Positions 53,031-64,000 of a stretch of DNA of 64,000 nucleotides are shown piece by piece. The notes below the pieces were generated by a model. It did no database searches, was not told where the DNA came from, and saw only the letters and a program-made list of their open reading frames with translations. The DNA comes from Anthoceros angustus (taxonomy: Eukaryota; Plantae; Anthocerotophyta): assembly GCA_010909165.1 (NCBI GenBank), contig MU008159.1, forward strand, positions 2,232,001 through 2,296,000. Reading direction: 5' to 3'. Position 1 is the first letter of the stretch; each line of letters starts with the position of its first letter. The translations under genes and the position numbers were made by a program.

Positions 53031-54164
53031 AACAAGAGTAACTGACGAAACTGATCAGAATAAAGAAAACTACTGTCGTACCTTTGTGTATTTCCTTATG
53101 GTATCGAGCACGTGGATCGACATGCCACCGAAGGGTCACCTCATGGCTCGTGGCGGGGAGCTCGTCTTCGGCAAGACCGCGATGAGGAACACGCCTCCCT
53201 AACCACCTTATTCCCCTCACGGTTTCTACGCGAATGTAGACCCGTGAAGAGAATCGAACAAGTAGCCACAAATCAAAGACAGAGCAAACCCCCTACCTTC
53301 GACAACCGCGTGCTGAGGAAGCTCTACTAGATTGAAAATAAGGTCCATGTTGAGACCCGCCTGCTGCACAGCTTCCTTGGCATCATTTTGAGAGACGTGA
53401 AGGACCTCCTCCAGGCGTGTGAGGTCCCAGCCAATCCCCCAATCCATCGCTGTCATCAGCGCTGTCCGTGAGTAAACCCAAACCATGTCCACTTCCAGGA
53501 GGCAGTGGAGGCGCTACCGGTAGTGCGGCCGGTGGCGGAGGTGCCGCTTGAGGTGCAAAGGCCCCGGTGGTGCAGTGCCACGTGGTGGCGCTCACGGCCG
53601 CAAATCCTATCGCCGCAAACCCTATCGCCCCACACTATGCTAATTTCCGCATAGAAATAAAGGAAAAGGATAGATTCACGGGTGTAGACTACGATGTCTG
53701 GGCTACCCGGATGCACGGACACCTTGAAGACGCAGACCTATAACAGCGTCTCTCAGCATTGGGGTTTGTCTCCGAACCCCATTTTGGCCCAACCAATGTA
53801 GAAATGCACATGTCTCAATTCACTGTTTTCAGCGATTTGTAAACCGACAGCCCATGCATCCGAGCCCAAAAGAACACGGAATGTGCCCAACGGCGTGCAT
53901 AAATGTTGGACACACCGTTGTACAACATGAACTTTTATGGCTTTCTAGAGCGATCGAGCGCACACCTTCCAAAACCGTCATGAAACATATATCTTTAAAC
54001 ACGAAAACACACAATAAAAAACTTGACTCGTAACCCAGCGTGAATAGTCCTGTAGAGCCTGAGAAGTCTATAAAAGCGCCGGACACCTACTTCCCATGTC
54101 ATCATCCTTCTTCGAAAAAAGTTTCACACCTACAACAACAACTGCCAACACTGTACTATCAGGC

Positions 54165-57100
54165 CTAATCCTCCGGGTCTGCCCTCTGAACATTTGCCAA
54201 GATGTACTCCGGAGTCACTATATCCATTGAACCAAGAGCCTGTTCGGAGAACTGACTCTCCGTGTTCGGGACAACCACGTCGTCGGCACCAAAGTCCTCC
54301 AGGTCCGCCTCCAAGTCGATAGGAGCTACATCAATCATGGCATCAGTGAGCTTCTCGGGATCCTCGTCTCTTCCTCTTGGGGTCACCCACATTTTCCTCA
54401 AAGTTAGCGCCCGCTGAGAACAACCATTGTACTTTCGACCGCTTGAAACCATTGATTGAGAAACCGCATATGGGTAATCTTGTTGCGGACTTATCTCCTT
54501 GGGCCAAAATGTGCCCGGCCCGCTTGAAAGGCAGCATATTTCCTCTTCTCGCCTGGGATAAGCATGGAACCCCACAATCCTGCTTGATGAACATTGAAGA
54601 CCTTGTATCGAGTCCACCGAGATCACATTTCTTCCACTCGGCAGCAAGTGCCGTGGACCCACTCCCCGCAAATCCATCGATGACCCAATCTCCTTCTATA
54701 GAGAAGCACTGCAGCAAAATGGACATTAGCTCCAAAGGTTTCGATATGGGCTTACTACCTTGTTGTCGAATGCTGTGTATACCAACTTCTTTACCACAGC
54801 ATCGCACTTAATCACCGAGCCCATGCCTTGTTGGCCCAAAGTCAACGAAATCGGTAACAATGGCACCGATTTAACTCTTGCGTTGGGTGACTTTCCGCAC
54901 CACCGATATAATGTCCATGTTGTCGTATACCTTGTTTTCCTCCGGACATTGGTTTTCTCCCAAACAAGGGACCGCAGAGCCATCCGTGCATACCCCCTCA
55001 AAGCGCTCTTACATCGGTGGTCCGTCCATTGCAAAACCACAATCCTGTATGAGTCGGTGTCGTTACCTCCACAAAGTGGTTAAGAATACCACTCAAGCTG
55101 GGCCTTCAATACATTTGTGTCTTCCGCTCCAAGTTTCAGCCCTCTTGGTAGATCCATCACCAGGAGCGTATAAGGTCGCTTACGAGCAAATCCCAACAAT
55201 TCCTGCATGGATCGGTTGAAAACCTGATAGCAAACCTTTTCCCGAGCTCGAACTATGAAATCACGAAGGTCGATGTCATGGACGCCTCTGCGAGCCACTC
55301 CTCTTCCATCTTTTTCCACGATTTAGCCGCCACGACCCAACTTTGAAATTGTTCTGGCAAATTTCAAGGTTGGCAACATCATGGAGCCGCCAACAAGCCA
55401 ACCAATCCAGGTTAGAATTCAGAATCGAGAGACAAAACCCATGAGGTTCATTCAAAGGAGAAGGCGAGTGCGGACGTCGGCGCCTGCCGCTGCTCTTCCT
55501 CGCTTCCTCAGCGGAAGACGGCGGACGTCCGGCGACTGTATTGCCCCACTCCTTGAAGGGGTTCGACCCCCGCACTGTGTGCCGGACGTCGCCCGCCTCC
55601 TTGAAGGGGAGGGAAGAGCGCCGGCCGGACGCCCGCGACGGTGCCGCCCGCCTCAGGGAGGAATGCAGTGCGCCGACGTCCGGCGACCGGTGCCGCCCGC
55701 CTGGCGGGGCCGGGGAATGGTGTGCGCCGGACGTCCGGCGACTGTGCCGCGGAGGGTGAATGCGAGTGCGGACGTCCGCGCACTGCTGCATTCCCTTCCG
55801 CCTTCATCAAGAGGCGCGCCGACGTCCGCGCACTGCTGCCCTCTGCATCCTTCAGGGAGAGCGCAGCAGCGTGCGCCGGACGTCCGCGCACTTGCTCTTC
55901 CCGCCTCCGCCCCGGAGACAGCAAGTGCCGGACGTCCGCGCACTGCTATTGCCCTCGGCCCTTCGGGGAGAGCGCAAGCGGCGCCGGACGTCCGGCGCAC
56001 TGCTGCCCTCTGTTCCTTCGGGGAGAGCGCAGCGGCGCCGGACGTCCGCGCACTGCGCTGCACTTCCTCCACACCCATCCCGCGGGTTAACAAAAGGCGC
56101 CGGACGTCCGGCGCACTTTCTCCAGAAAAACAACAACAGAGGAAAGGAAGACAGGAGGTTCAATCAAAGCAAGCTTACCACTGAATCGAAGCAGGCCTGA
56201 AACTGCGCAACGTCTTCTTCCTTCGTGTGCTTCGGGAATCTTTCTTGAGCCTCTGCATAGGAGCTGCAACCCAAGGACTTGCTGAGAGCCTTTTGAATCA
56301 AGTGGAGGTTCTTCTTTTTTGTGACCTCGTCATGCATGCCTCTCATATCGAGGTGGCCCTGGATAACCTTCTCCGTTGCGCTCAAGAGTATCTGCTCCCC
56401 AATTTGTCCTGGTGGAAGCCCTTGAAAGCACCGAAACATCTTCACAGGTATTTCCTTCATCTGACCTTGCGAGGGATCTGGCCGAGATGGCCCATCTTCT
56501 GTCACCTTCCTAAGCGCTTTCGCCCTTTTGGAAATTCCAGCCACAGCTTGGTGAGACTGTTCCGGAAGCTCAAGCCTCTCCCATTTGTTGAAGATGGTAT
56601 CCACATTCTGCCACAGCTGTCCTTCGCATTTGGCTACGCATAAGGTCAATGTCTTCTGATCAACCTTCTTTTGCTTTGCAGCCCGGCTTGCATTACCTGG
56701 AAGATCATCAATTAGCCCGATGGCATGATTCCATTTCCGGTCTAGAGAAGGCATCGCTTGAATTTGCAGCTCATCCTTCACATATCTCACTTGCTCGATG
56801 AAACTCATTTTCTTGCGCCGGTCCGCATTCACATTGTGATCCGTTGCCAATACTCGCATCTCTTGAGGTGTAAGTCCTGCATACACATGCCCCTCCATAT
56901 ACTTGTAGTATGGCTTCTCTGGAAATTGGACGGCAAGGCTCTTCACCGCTGGAAACAATGATTCCCGCCAAGAACACCGAACCTGTACTCCCCCCTGTCG
57001 AACTTCTTCGTGCTCCAATCTTTCTTGCTCGAACACTGTTGTGGATCTACCATCACCAATATGGGAAGAACTCCCTCTTCTACTGGCCCTTTCCGCATCT

Positions 57101-58165
57101 ACCGCTCTAAGTAGCTTGCCCATGAGACATCCACCCTACGGATCTGCGCATCGTGGGTTAGGAAATCTGGACTGTGAAGGTACTGCAAGCCAATGATTAA
57201 CGTGTTTTGTCAACCTTCTTGTGGGCACTCTCACGAATCTGGGGGGATCGTTGGACACAATATCATGCTCCAACTGTCTTCGTCACGACATGGGCCGAGT
57301 GAGGATAGGCGTGAAGTGGCCCTCTTCCTTTGCTTCCCGCCTTCTCTTTTCCCGATTGACTCTTTTGCGTTTCTCGCTCCTGTAATTTTCTTTCTCCTTG
57401 TTGCTCCACTTCTTTCTCCGGATTCTTGGGCACTTTGGGCTCATGCGTGATATTCCGTAAGCACCCGCAAACGATGCTCGGCTCAGATCTCCACCCTCTC
57501 GTGGTGACTCGTCACGAATACCTCATCGCATCCTCCGATGCTCCGTTTGTTTGTTTTATGGAGATTCAGCTCCTTGAGTCCTTCTCTTCCATCTCCACTG
57601 TCGTGTCCATTGGAGGCATCATCTTGAGTCATTCACTTCATCCTCGAAAGCCACCTTCCGCTTGCTTGAACTAGGCCGCTTGGAGGACAAAGCTCGGAAG
57701 TCTCGCAAATAGAAGCCTTTGTGGGCTTTGTCTTGCTCACACGGCCGAGAAGAGGGTCACTGTGATTCCTCGGATCATGTGCCGTTGGAGCTCGCAATAA
57801 AATGCCTCCCCATCCTGCACATATAAAGTCTGTTAGGGGAAGTCGTCACAACCCGGAACAGGCCCACAATGAAAGGCCTTTCAGGCCCCACCACCGACGG
57901 CGGCGTTAGGAGGAATAGGGAGGATAGTAGGCGGCCGGTTAGGGCACACTGAGCTGCAGTTTTGGACGGGATCGGGGACTTGTTCCACTGTTACTGACTC
58001 AAACGCCTTCAGCGCATCCTGCACAGCTACCAAGGAGGCCAGTACCTGTTCTTGAGCAAGCGCCTCCATGGCTCTGACATTCCTACTACTTTCATTTGAT
58101 GGCAAAGAAGACGCCATGGAGGCCACCCTCTTCTTCTTCCCACTCGCAAATCTTGGGGTCGACAT
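54165..58165 (-). pseudogene. ParB/Srx-like domain fused to a beta-class N6-adenine/N4-cytosine DNA methyltransferase; intron-containing, several frame disruptions
   Basis: QIRRVD...PILVMVD...VLGGNH (56957-56972)...VYAGL...LATDHN; motif IV-like LLVMDLPRG (55143-55154); LVWEKTN (~54950); KPLELMSILLQCFSIEGDWVIDGFAGSGSTALAA (motifs X/I, ~54640-54740); acidic tail. Confidence 0.82.
55465..56115. repeat. Array of CGGACGTCCG palindromes in the ParB-MTase intron
   Basis: About 13 exact or one-mismatch copies at ~50-bp spacing. GTAAGC donor at 56178 on the minus strand. Confidence 0.92.
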
Positions 58166-58569
58166 AAGTTGTGGAGCTAAATGAAGCCTACACACAACCC
58201 TAGCTGGTGCACTACAGCAGAATGCGATGAGAAATGAGGCGAATAGGAATGTAAGAAAACCATCGTAAGCAGTACGACTAACCGTTTCGAAATGCACTTG
58301 GCACAATTACGTCAAATTAATCGTGCGAAAACATAATTCTAGTCCTGGATCAGCTCGAATCCGATAGGGTGAAATCCTAGGTTGCCATCATTCTGCATCT
58401 AATTTGACGTTTGGGCCATGGAAATTTGATGGATGAAACCTTTCACTTAAAAGCGGACTGCCCTAGCTCACTAGCCCCAAACTTCGAAGATCCCCATGTG
58501 CTGTAATATTGTAGCTCATTTATATCAACTTTAGTATGCTGCATATATAGCCATACTACGAATCAGGCA

Positions 58570-58915
58570 AGTGACCCAATGCCGAAGGCCGAGGAACATA
58601 CAATGATGAGGTCCTTGGAACCCTATCGTCGACCTAAAACTCTAACTCCTAAACCCAAAGACCAAGGAACTATCTTAATGTTGGGTAGGCAGCTTTCCGC
58701 AGGATAAGATAGATCCAAAGTGCCGAAGGCCAAGGAAATGCAAAAGGTTACCCACTGCCGAAGGCCGAGGAACATACAATGAGGAGGTCCTTGGAACCCT
58801 ATCGTCGGCCTAAAACCCTAATTCTTGAAACCAAAGACCAAGGAACTATGGGCTCTCCGCAGGGTAAGATTTATCCAAAGTTCCGAAGGCCAAGGAACTG
58901 CAAAAGGTTGTGGGC
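58570..58915. repeat. Tandem duplication, ~175-bp unit
   Basis: GCCGAAGGCCGAGGAACATACAATG at 58581 and 58757. Confidence 0.85.
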
Positions 58916-58999
58916 GATGAGGACCTCAAAAAGCAGGATCCCAAATAGACCCAGAACATCGAAGGCCAAGGCCTTCATCGGAAATAAAAGACCTAATCC

Positions 59000-60620
59000 T
59001 GAGGTAAATTAGTCGCACCCGCAGTCGTCGGTCTGTCGGTCGTGAGATTCCATGTGACCGACTCTTCCTCGCGGACTCCCATTCTTCGAAGCTGATGTCG
59101 GAGCACACTCATATCCTCGCCCCGCCCTGGACAGATCGTAACCGCATAAGTCCCAATTGCTCAACGACAAAGATAAGACACACCAAACTTCACATGCCTC
59201 ACCTTCCCCTGCTGGCGGCTGGTCCCACTCAGGCTCTCCAATGCCAAAGCTTTCCAGTTTCTGCTCAAACTTGTCATTCACCACATTCAAAGCATTCACC
59301 TCTTCCGACGTCCAACCTCCAAGGTTGGTTCTCGTGACATAACAGAATCCAATGACGAATATGATGCAGGATTCGTCAAAATACTTCGCGGCCACCAACT
59401 GTTGCAATTCAAGTTGACCAGGGCACCTTCCCCAAGGCTTCAGTCTTCTCCACTTAGCCGCGTGCCCTACCAGTCGAGCTCTCATCAGCGGATGATCCAT
59501 GGCTACAGAGTAGAACTGAGAAAATTGCAACAAACCCTAAGGTTCTAATTGATTTGCAAAACCCTAACCCTATGAACTGCACTACAAGTCGTGCAAGACT
59601 GCATGCACCCAACAGCCTCTAGGTATGCAACTTACCTCACATGCCCCGCATGTCGAGCGACGTTGAATTCTCGTCATAAGTTCCGGAGGCTTAAATGCAA
59701 GCCGTTTCCTCCTCACTTAATGACCAGCCATACATGTTCAAAAACCCCCGCATGGAGCATCCAGGAGGAATAACAATCTTGATATGCGATATTGGCAATT
59801 GAAATTAGGGTCCATCCATCACGCATCTATTCGTGTCGTACAAGGGGCATCTATTTACTTCTCCACATTTGAGACTCTAGCCAACAACAAACATTTCCCC
59901 CATGTTCAGGGGAATATGGATGCTCATCTACAGCCTGTTACGTCTGAACTTCTAAGCGTGTCTATGCTGACGAACCTCTGCCTGCCAGAACGTATCTGCT
60001 GGCAAGAATACAAATAAGACTTGTTCCAGTGAAGTTGATAGAGAAACCACCACCGGCCGCCGGGATACTCTGCCCGTCGGCTCGATGAAGTCTCGACAGT
60101 GTGGACCGCCGCCCATTCAGGTGCCGATCCGAGCCTCAACATCCTCGGTTAATAGCAAACCACAACCGGGGGCCCTAAAGTGATCCCACTTGCGCACCCT
60201 GATCTTGTTCTCAAGCCAGTGCTCACTTCGTGAATAATTGCATCTTCGCAAACCGTCGGGATACCGCCTGGATACCTCTAGGTACCAAGAAAAGTGTCAA
60301 CCCGCCTAGGCATCCAACCGGCGAGTGTGACGTTGATGGAAACGCACCTCCTCTCCACCAACTAACCCCAAGAGCCCTCCCTCACGGGAGTATCATTGAA
60401 GAAGAATAGGGTCCTCCACCGGATAGTTTGCACATGCATCCAAGGCGGAGGACCTATATCGCCTCGATCCTCCGGGCCCCGCCTCCTAACGAGGAAGTTC
60501 CCGATCCGACTCCACTCCACCCATACAACGGATACTTGTATCACTCGCCCCAGAGGCCGGATTTGTGGGTGTGATGTCCATCTTCGCACGCAAGGGAGAC
60601 CGGGAGGCACCTTACCCTAA
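59000..60620 (-). pseudogene. Unknown multi-exon cargo gene divergent from the transposase
   Basis: Protein-like non-repetitive frames and splice-like signals (TTGCAAT/CTCAG acceptor near 59516, GAGGTAAG donor near 59635). No family recognised. Confidence 0.45.
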
Positions 60621-60799
60621 GCTGCAGCACGGACTATTTTGCCTCAATCGAGTTGAAGGAACAAATACCCTTGCCAAAGACCAAGGGTCGAACTCGCCAG
60701 CCCACCGGTCGATGAGCCCTTGAGAGTTAGGGCACCAAAACCTAATCAACTTACTAAAAGTAGCATATGAATGTGTCCTGCCATCACCAGCAACTTCCG

Positions 60800-63700
60800 A
60801 TGGCCTTCAGTTTGGGAAACACTCCGTGGGGGAAGCGGAGTCGTGGAAACGTTACAGACGAACATCCTAGTGGTAAGCTTTGCTAGAAGCGATGTATTCT
60901 ATTCTTGTCTTTTGCCCTAACACATAACGTCTTTTTGCAGAAGCAACGTCTTTTTGCATTACCCGTGTGTCTATTCTCCGGAAAGCATAGCAACTCGTCT
61001 AAGGCCAGAGTATTTGTACCTCGTATCAAACAATTAGCTCGACTTGAGTCCGACTCAGAGTCTGACAGCCCCCCAACACATGATCACGAACGGCTACAGC
61101 AGCGAAAGTGGCATAATAGGCGGACTACTGGACGAGAAGGCCGAACTCGGGAAGATTATTCTTAGGAGATAAGCTCGCCCCTCCGAGGACCATGAGCCTA
61201 GTTGGGAGCTTCACACCGAGGTTGACGAAGAAAGGGAGAGCACATACCCGAGTGATTCAGAGGACCAAGGGAAGACAGAACTCAAACAATGAGTCTCAAG
61301 ATGTAGTGCCGAGGCGCTGTGATAGCGAGTGTGAAGTCCAGAGCTCCGGCAAGGACTCTGACAACATCACTGCGGAACAGAGGCCAACAAGACACCCAAA
61401 GCCACTAGCTGAAACGTTGCAACAGAATCCTCCACAAAGAAAAGCTCGAAGAATACCGGGACGGGGCAGCAGCAAAGAGTGCAAAACCCAAAGTGAAAAG
61501 GGACTGGCTGAAACCATGCTGCTCACACATGTGTTTACGTGTTTGAAAGAAAGATGCAGGATCGATACCGATTTCTAAACATGGATAGATCCCAGCAGGA
61601 GACATATCTGCAATCGCTAATTGTATGGGACAAGGACGATTCCACGGGCCAGAGGGTAAGCAACTATATATTAGGCGAGGTACGTATTCGCTGCTGTGTC
61701 AGAGCATTTCGTGAGTGTATTGTATCGGGCATACCAGGTATGAGGACTTGAAACAGGGTTAGAGGCAATATACCTTGGTCGCCGGCCATGAGATTCCGTA
61801 GAGGTCCTACTACAACAGGTCTAGCCGCACTGGCTTGGATGGACAGGTTGTTCCGGAATCTTGCAGAACGCCTTCCAAACGTGGAGGTGTTCAACCTTCC
61901 TGACAGTTACACAAAAGGGGAAATCTTTTTGGACTATAAGCGACATATGGAGCGAGCAAATCTGGCGAATATTTGCCACTCATACTTTTGCAAACTCTGG
62001 AACAAACACTTTCCGAGGGTGAAGATTCCAAAGTCCAATCGATTTAGCGTTTGCCACATGTGAAGACCTAAAGAGAGGGATCAAGAATACACGGTACAGG
62101 CAAACGCAAGGTACACCTCGATCCACTATTGGACTAACACCATGTGGCATGGTAATGATTGTAAGTCGAAACGTATTTTGTCCGCATGTCTCAATCCATC
62201 TTTTCCGTCTCCGAGGCGTGCCTCTGTGGATCACAACTTGGGGCAAAAGCGCCGGACGTCCGCCAGAAGCCGGACTCCCCGCCTCGCTGGGTGCAAATGC
62301 TCCCAATGCGGACGTCCGCGAAGCTAGAGCTATGCTCCCAGTGGGGCGCAGATGCGGGACATCCACCGAGCTGATCACTGCGGAGCAATGCTCCCAATGC
62401 GGACGTCCGCCTGACAGTCACCGAGCAACCCAGGCTGACGTCCGGCAAGCGGTGCCCGGGAGCGTACACGGACCGCCCAGCCGGAGCATTTGCTCTCGCC
62501 GGACGTCCGTACGGCTGGGCTACCATTGGGAGCATTTGCTCCCGGCCGACGTCCGACGCAAACGGTCCCGCCTGGCTAAAGCAAGGCCGCCGGACTGGGC
62601 CTGATGGGAGAATTCTCCCAATCGCCGGACGTCCTCACGGCCAAGGCTCGCGCCTAGATGGGAGCATTTGCTTGCTATGCGCCGGACGTCCGCCCACTGC
62701 GCCTGCCGGGGTCCGTGGCTGACGTCCGCCGCTAGACTCCGAGTCCGGGCGGGGCCATTGTTCCCCGTGCATCACTTGTGTGCATCACTTTCTGAGAGGC
62801 ATACCTTTCGAACTATCCTTCGTTGTCGAGGAGAATTTAGATTGTCTGTTTTGGTGCTCTTGTTCCTAATCTTTGTTTTCTGCCTCGGACGTCTGGCACT
62901 TGGTCTCCGTTGGCGAGGACGAGACTGAACGTGTGCATGCCTATTCTGGCGCAGAGAAACTAGAGGAAGACTTGGAGGACCACAGAATTCAGGTGATAGC
63001 AGAACGAGCCAAGATGATCAAACATAGAGGAAAATGCTACGCTGAGCCACACCACTACATAGGACTCTCTATTGACGGTATGGATCAACAGAAGACCGGA
63101 CTTCCGCATTTCCTCCGGCCGCCAAAGTGCTGGACGCTCAGGTGAATATTCATGTGGTTGGGTGCATGGTGCACAATTATAATTGGACCACCAAGGTATA
63201 TCTTACCTTTCCTAACCTTCGTAATGATTCCAATCGACCATCGGATCATCCAGGATATCATCCTTGGGTACGAGAGTGTTGAGTGTTGTAAGCTAGACAA
63301 CACAATGAGAGAGAACAAGAACCAGCTACTATTTGCTTATTTGAATATGCTTATCGAGTTGGGCGTTTTGAGAAGATCAAGGTTGGTTTCTTGATGGTTG
63401 GACACACGCATGACCGTGATCGATCAAATGTTTAGCCGATTTTCACCGCCCCGGCACAAGGAGGCTTTTACTTTGCCTCAAATGTGCTAATTTTAGAGAA
63501 GGCATATTTTCCGAGACCTCAAGTGAAGTGTCTTATCGAGGTGCGACTTTAGAAGTTTTGTATGGCCAATCAAGAAAGGGTCCAGAGGATTTGACCGGTT
63601 TGTCGTTGAGCAACCGAACAAAAACTCTTTCCAGCATCAATTCAAGATTACAAAAGAAGATCAATATGGTCATGGGGCCGCTTATCCGAAGCAAAGAGTT

Positions 63701-64000
63701 CTCCACATCTATACAGTGGGAACCGGAGGACGGCCTTCGCCCCGAGAAGGATTCCAACCACGTACATTCTCGGCTCCTCTAGTTGGTTTACAGCCAAAGA
63801 GGACACACCGAGCAGCAAAAGCGCCTGAATTGTTTTTCAAATTTGAGACGGTCTCGAAAGCTCATTCGCTTATATCCTGCGAGGACCGGGTTTGGTGGAG
63901 CTTGTTCGAAAGACCAGAGGCTCGTCCGTGCCTTGATGGAGGGAAGGATCTTCCGTCCTCCACGCCTTGGAGATGGTATGACAGAAAAGTGCGGAGGCCA
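60800..64000 (+). pseudogene. Sola1-like (DUF7869-type) DDD transposase; introns at ~60873-60940 and 62111-62954; frameshifted
   Basis: SYFCKLWNKHFPRVKIPKSNRFSVC..C; LSIDGMDQQKT.LP; LDNTMRENKNQ; GFLMVGHTH..IDQMFSRF. Confidence 0.82.
62245..62900. repeat. Array of CGGACGTCCG palindromes in the transposase intron
   Basis: About 10 exact or near copies, interleaved with AATGCTCCCAAT / TGGGAGCATTT in both orientations. Confidence 0.9.

Larger units (their letters stand above)
53668..64000. mobile_element. Large Sola1-like DNA transposon carrying a ParB-DNA methyltransferase gene and an unknown gene (runs off the window)
   Basis: Left terminus matches the terminus at 695. The same CGGACGTCCG arrays occur in the introns of both main genes. 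Transposase at 60800 to >64000. Confidence 0.75.

Noticed and set aside
696-53667. One giant element bounded by the related termini at 695 and 53668
   Set aside because: The termini face away from this interval, so they belong to two separate elements.
56164-57123. 319-aa ORF as a standalone gene starting MGKLLR
   Set aside because: Its first ~60 codons are off-frame. The ParB-like GGNH frame joins by a frameshift near 56950, and the ORF ends at a splice donor.
54165-58165. Bacterial or phage contamination as the source of the ParB-MTase
   Set aside because: The gene has spliceosomal-type intron signals, shares its repeat motif with a eukaryotic transposase intron, and is contiguous with plant genes. 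There is no operon structure.

Overview
Eukaryotic nuclear DNA, probably from a non-seed land plant (inferred from ~100-bp GT-AG introns, MPH1, CCD1 and PLS-type PPR remnants); roughly three quarters of it is transposon-derived. 1-695 is the end of a DNA transposon. 1266-28568 is one Ty1/Copia element (LTRs with AG...CT ends, ACATA target duplication) carrying nested insertions, including a ~12-kb Sola2-like element with RING cargo. 28.6-39 kb is a patchwork of LTR and DNA-element fragments, including two tandem SET-domain exons. 39.3-50.8 kb is a host gene island: MPH1, a 14-exon CCD1 and a class-3 lipase. The CCD1/lipase pair was duplicated and each copy lost the opposite gene. 50.9-53.6 kb holds CACTA and PPR debris. 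From 53668 to the window end lies the most striking object: a large Sola1-like DNA transposon. Besides its transposase it carries an intron-containing gene for a ParB/Srx-like domain fused to a prokaryotic-type beta-class N6A/N4C DNA methyltransferase, plus a third unknown gene. The long introns of its two main genes, and the terminus of a related copy at 1-695, are packed with the palindrome CGGACGTCCG. TE reading frames have many indels (decay and/or assembly error). All family assignments come from motif recognition by eye, not database searches.
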